NCBI GenBank assembly: GCA_963776345.1
Contig: CAVZMH010000014.1
Coordinates: forward strand, 1-64,000
Reading direction: 5' to 3'
Length of the DNA stretch: 64,000 bases
Source: an uncultured delta proteobacterium
GTDB taxonomy: Bacteria > Myxococcota > Myxococcia > Myxococcales > Myxococcaceae
Below the pieces are notes generated by a model. The model made no database searches. It was given only the letters and a program-made list of their open reading frames with translations, and had not been told where the DNA came from. Each line of letters begins with the position of its first letter. Position 1 is the stretch's first letter. Shown piece by piece: positions 61,983-64,000 of this stretch. The translations under genes and the position numbers were made by a program.

Positions 61983-62284
61983 CCGCCGCGGCCGCGGAGC
62001 TGGAGGGGAATCCAGGTGTCCGGGGTGCGGCTCTCGAGAATCCGGAACAGGCCGCGCTGCACGTATTGCTCGAAGTGCGGGCTCGCCCGGTGCGCCTCGA
62101 GCGCCTTCTCGTCGTCGTACTGCTCGTAGAGAAAGAAGCGGCGCGGCTCCTGGTGGCTCCGGTGCACCTGGTACATCCGGCAGCCCGGCTCGCTCAGGGT
62201 GGCCTCGGTCATCCGGGTGAAGAGGTCCACCGCCTCGTCGTCGCGGTTGGGGAGCACCACGTAGGTCACGGCCACGCAGATCAT
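61979..62284 (-). CDS. ABM-family putative quinol monooxygenase
   Basis: EPGCRMY, FFLYEQY..ALEAHRASPHF. Confidence 0.88.
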   Translation of the reverse strand: MICVAVTYVVLPNRDDEAVDLFTRMTEATLSEPGCRMYQVHRSHQEPRRFFLYEQYDDEKALEAHRASPHFEQYVQRGLFRILESRTPDTWIPLQLRGRGG

Positions 62285-62652
62285 CGCTCCGCTCCTCTCC
62301 GGAACAGCACCCGCGAGGCGAGCCGGCGGTTCCGGGCCACCAGCCAGTAGCCCAGCTCGACCGCCCACACCAGCGGCGGAAGCGAGAGCGCGCGCGACAG
62401 CAGACGGTGTCCGGTCCGCTCCAGCACCCAGAGACAGGCCCGGCCGGCCCGGAGCACGGTCCCGTCGGCAGTGACCACGTGCACCGCGCGGGAGCAGGCG
62501 GCCCGGAGCTCGGGCGTCATGGGGGGCGAGTCCGCCTGCTGGTACGGCACGGCCCGGAAGGAGTGGCCCGTGTCGCGGCGCTCCGCCCACTGGACGCCGC
62601 GGCGGCAGAAGCCGCAGTCGCCATCCCAGAGGAGGAGCGCCGGCGCGGTCAC
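62281..62652 (-). CDS. DCC family (DUF393) thiol-disulfide oxidoreductase-like protein
   Basis: WDGDCGFC, GYWLVARNR. Confidence 0.88.
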   Translation of the reverse strand: MTAPALLLWDGDCGFCRRGVQWAERRDTGHSFRAVPYQQADSPPMTPELRAACSRAVHVVTADGTVLRAGRACLWVLERTGHRLLSRALSLPPLVWAVELGYWLVARNRRLASRVLFRRGAER

Positions 62653-64000
62653 GGGCCCACCACCGCGACGGTCGCCCGGTCGAGCTGGATGACCCGCCGG
62701 GCGACGCGCTGCACGTCCTCGGCGGTGACCGCCTGGATGTGCTCGGCGTAGCGCTCGAAGTTGTCCAGCCCGAGGCCGTAGGCGGTGTCCAGCGCCAGCA
62801 GCGCCGCCCGGGCCGCGTTGCGCTGCAGCCCGATCTCGTGGGTGCCGACCAGGTGCGCCCGGGCCCGGTCCAGCTCGGCGGGGGTGACGCGCTCGTCGAG
62901 CACCTTGCGCAGCTCGGCCTCCATCCCGGCCTCGGCCGCCTCGCGCTTGTCGGCGCTGGTGCCGATGTAGACGGCGAAGTACCCGGGGTCGATGCCCTCC
63001 ACGGCCAGGCTGGTCACGCTGTAGGCCATGCTCCGCCGGTCGCGGAGCTCGGTGAACAGCCGCCCGCCCATCCCCGAGAGCACCGTGGAGAGCACCTCCA
63101 GCGCGTGCCGGTCCGGGTCGAACAAGGTGAGCCCCTGGAACCCGAGGACCACATGGGCCTGCGCCCGGGCGAGCGTGCGGTGGACGCGGCGGCGCTCGGT
63201 CGGAGGCGCCTCGCGCGCGACCTCGGGGAGAGGCTGCGGTCCCTTGCCGGCTGCGCCGAACAGCGCGCGCGCGCGCTCCACCACCTCCGCGACGTCCACG
63301 TCGCCGATGACCGCCAGCACCATCCGCGACGGGTCATGGAAGCGGCGGTGGTGGACCCGGAGCTGGTCGGCGGTGAAGCGCTCCACCGTCGCCCGCTCGC
63401 CGATCTGCGGCATCCGGTAGGGGTGATGCTGGAACAGCGTGCGGGAGAAGGTGTCGAAGGCCAGCGACGACGGCCGGTCCTCGCGCGCGGCGATCTCTTG
63501 CAGCAGGAGGTGTCGCTCGCGCTCCAGCTCCTCCTCGGGGAAGGCCGGGTCGAGCAGGCAGTCGGCGAGGAGGGGGAAGGCGCGGTCGAAGTGCCGCGAG
63601 AGCGCCTCGGCCCGGAGCGACACCGAGTTCCGTCCGCCCGCGCCGGAGATGGACCCCGCGCAGGCGTCCATCAGGTGCTGGATCTCCTCGGCGCCGAGGG
63701 ACGTCGTGCCTCGGGTGAGCATCCGCGAGAGCAGCGTGGTCAGCCCGTTGGTCTCCTCGGTCTCGAAGCGCAGGCCGCCGACGAACGCCGCGCGCATCGC
63801 GACCAGAGGCGTCGCCCGCTCCTCGCGGACCAGCAGCGTGGCGCCGTTGCCGAGGGTCTCGACGGTGATCTTCCCCGCCTCGGGCCCGGTGCCCTTCAGC
63901 CTGGGAATCGCCGCCGCCGGGGCCGTCTGCGCGCGGCGGGCCGGGGTGGTGACGCCGGGCTCGCGGGCCGCCTCGTCGAGCGCCGCCTGCACCTCGGGCT
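62649..64000 (-). CDS. M16 family peptidase, C-terminal half (begins beyond window)
   Basis: LGNGATLLV, HPYRMP, LSGMGGRLFTELRDRRSMAYSV. Confidence 0.85.
   Translation of the reverse strand, partial: PEVQAALDEAAREPGVTTPARRAQTAPAAAIPRLKGTGPEAGKITVETLGNGATLLVREERATPLVAMRAAFVGGLRFETEETNGLTTLLSRMLTRGTTSLGAEEIQHLMDACAGSISGAGGRNSVSLRAEALSRHFDRAFPLLADCLLDPAFPEEELERERHLLLQEIAAREDRPSSLAFDTFSRTLFQHHPYRMPQIGERATVERFTADQLRVHHRRFHDPSRMVLAVIGDVDVAEVVERARALFGAAGKGPQPLPEVAREAPPTERRRVHRTLARAQAHVVLGFQGLTLFDPDRHALEVLSTVLSGMGGRLFTELRDRRSMAYSVTSLAVEGIDPGYFAVYIGTSADKREAAEAGMEAELRKVLDERVTPAELDRARAHLVGTHEIGLQRNAARAALLALDTAYGLGLDNFERYAEHIQAVTAEDVQRVARRVIQLDRATVAVVGP

Overview
This is very GC-rich bacterial DNA whose gene content and order resemble Myxococcota (myxobacterial carB-carA carotenoid operon; pccB/biotin carboxylase/methylmalonyl-CoA mutase; frgA-like, RDD, rsmE and prmA genes). 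Several genes carry apparent single-base frameshifts, concentrated in the first ~15 kb, which most likely reflect long-read consensus errors. Most of the window is housekeeping or ordinary accessory metabolism. The standout is a ~5 kb block (48368-53445) sitting between the propionyl/acyl-CoA carboxylase genes. It contains an sdpC-sdpA-sdpB-like (sporulation-delaying toxin family) peptide cassette. In the SdpC-like precursor, the usual single hydrophobic disulfide-bonded toxin core is replaced by 18 in-frame tandem copies of the nonapeptide GNLPVA(D/G)VR (27-bp unit). A small membrane ORF and a CPBP/Abi protease follow it, and no sdpR/sdpI is present. This looks like a candidate multi-core RiPP-like system. 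Secondary signals: a Cys/His leader ORF ending in RAPKQSPP plus a hairpin upstream of a TonB-dependent receptor (candidate metal-sensing ribosome-stalling control), an 11-bp-periodic CarA/CarH-type operator over a TTGACA -35, carA without an adjacent carH, and a 79-bp AT-richer imperfect palindrome next to a degenerate TPR paralog. All family calls come from motif recognition by eye; no database searches were run.
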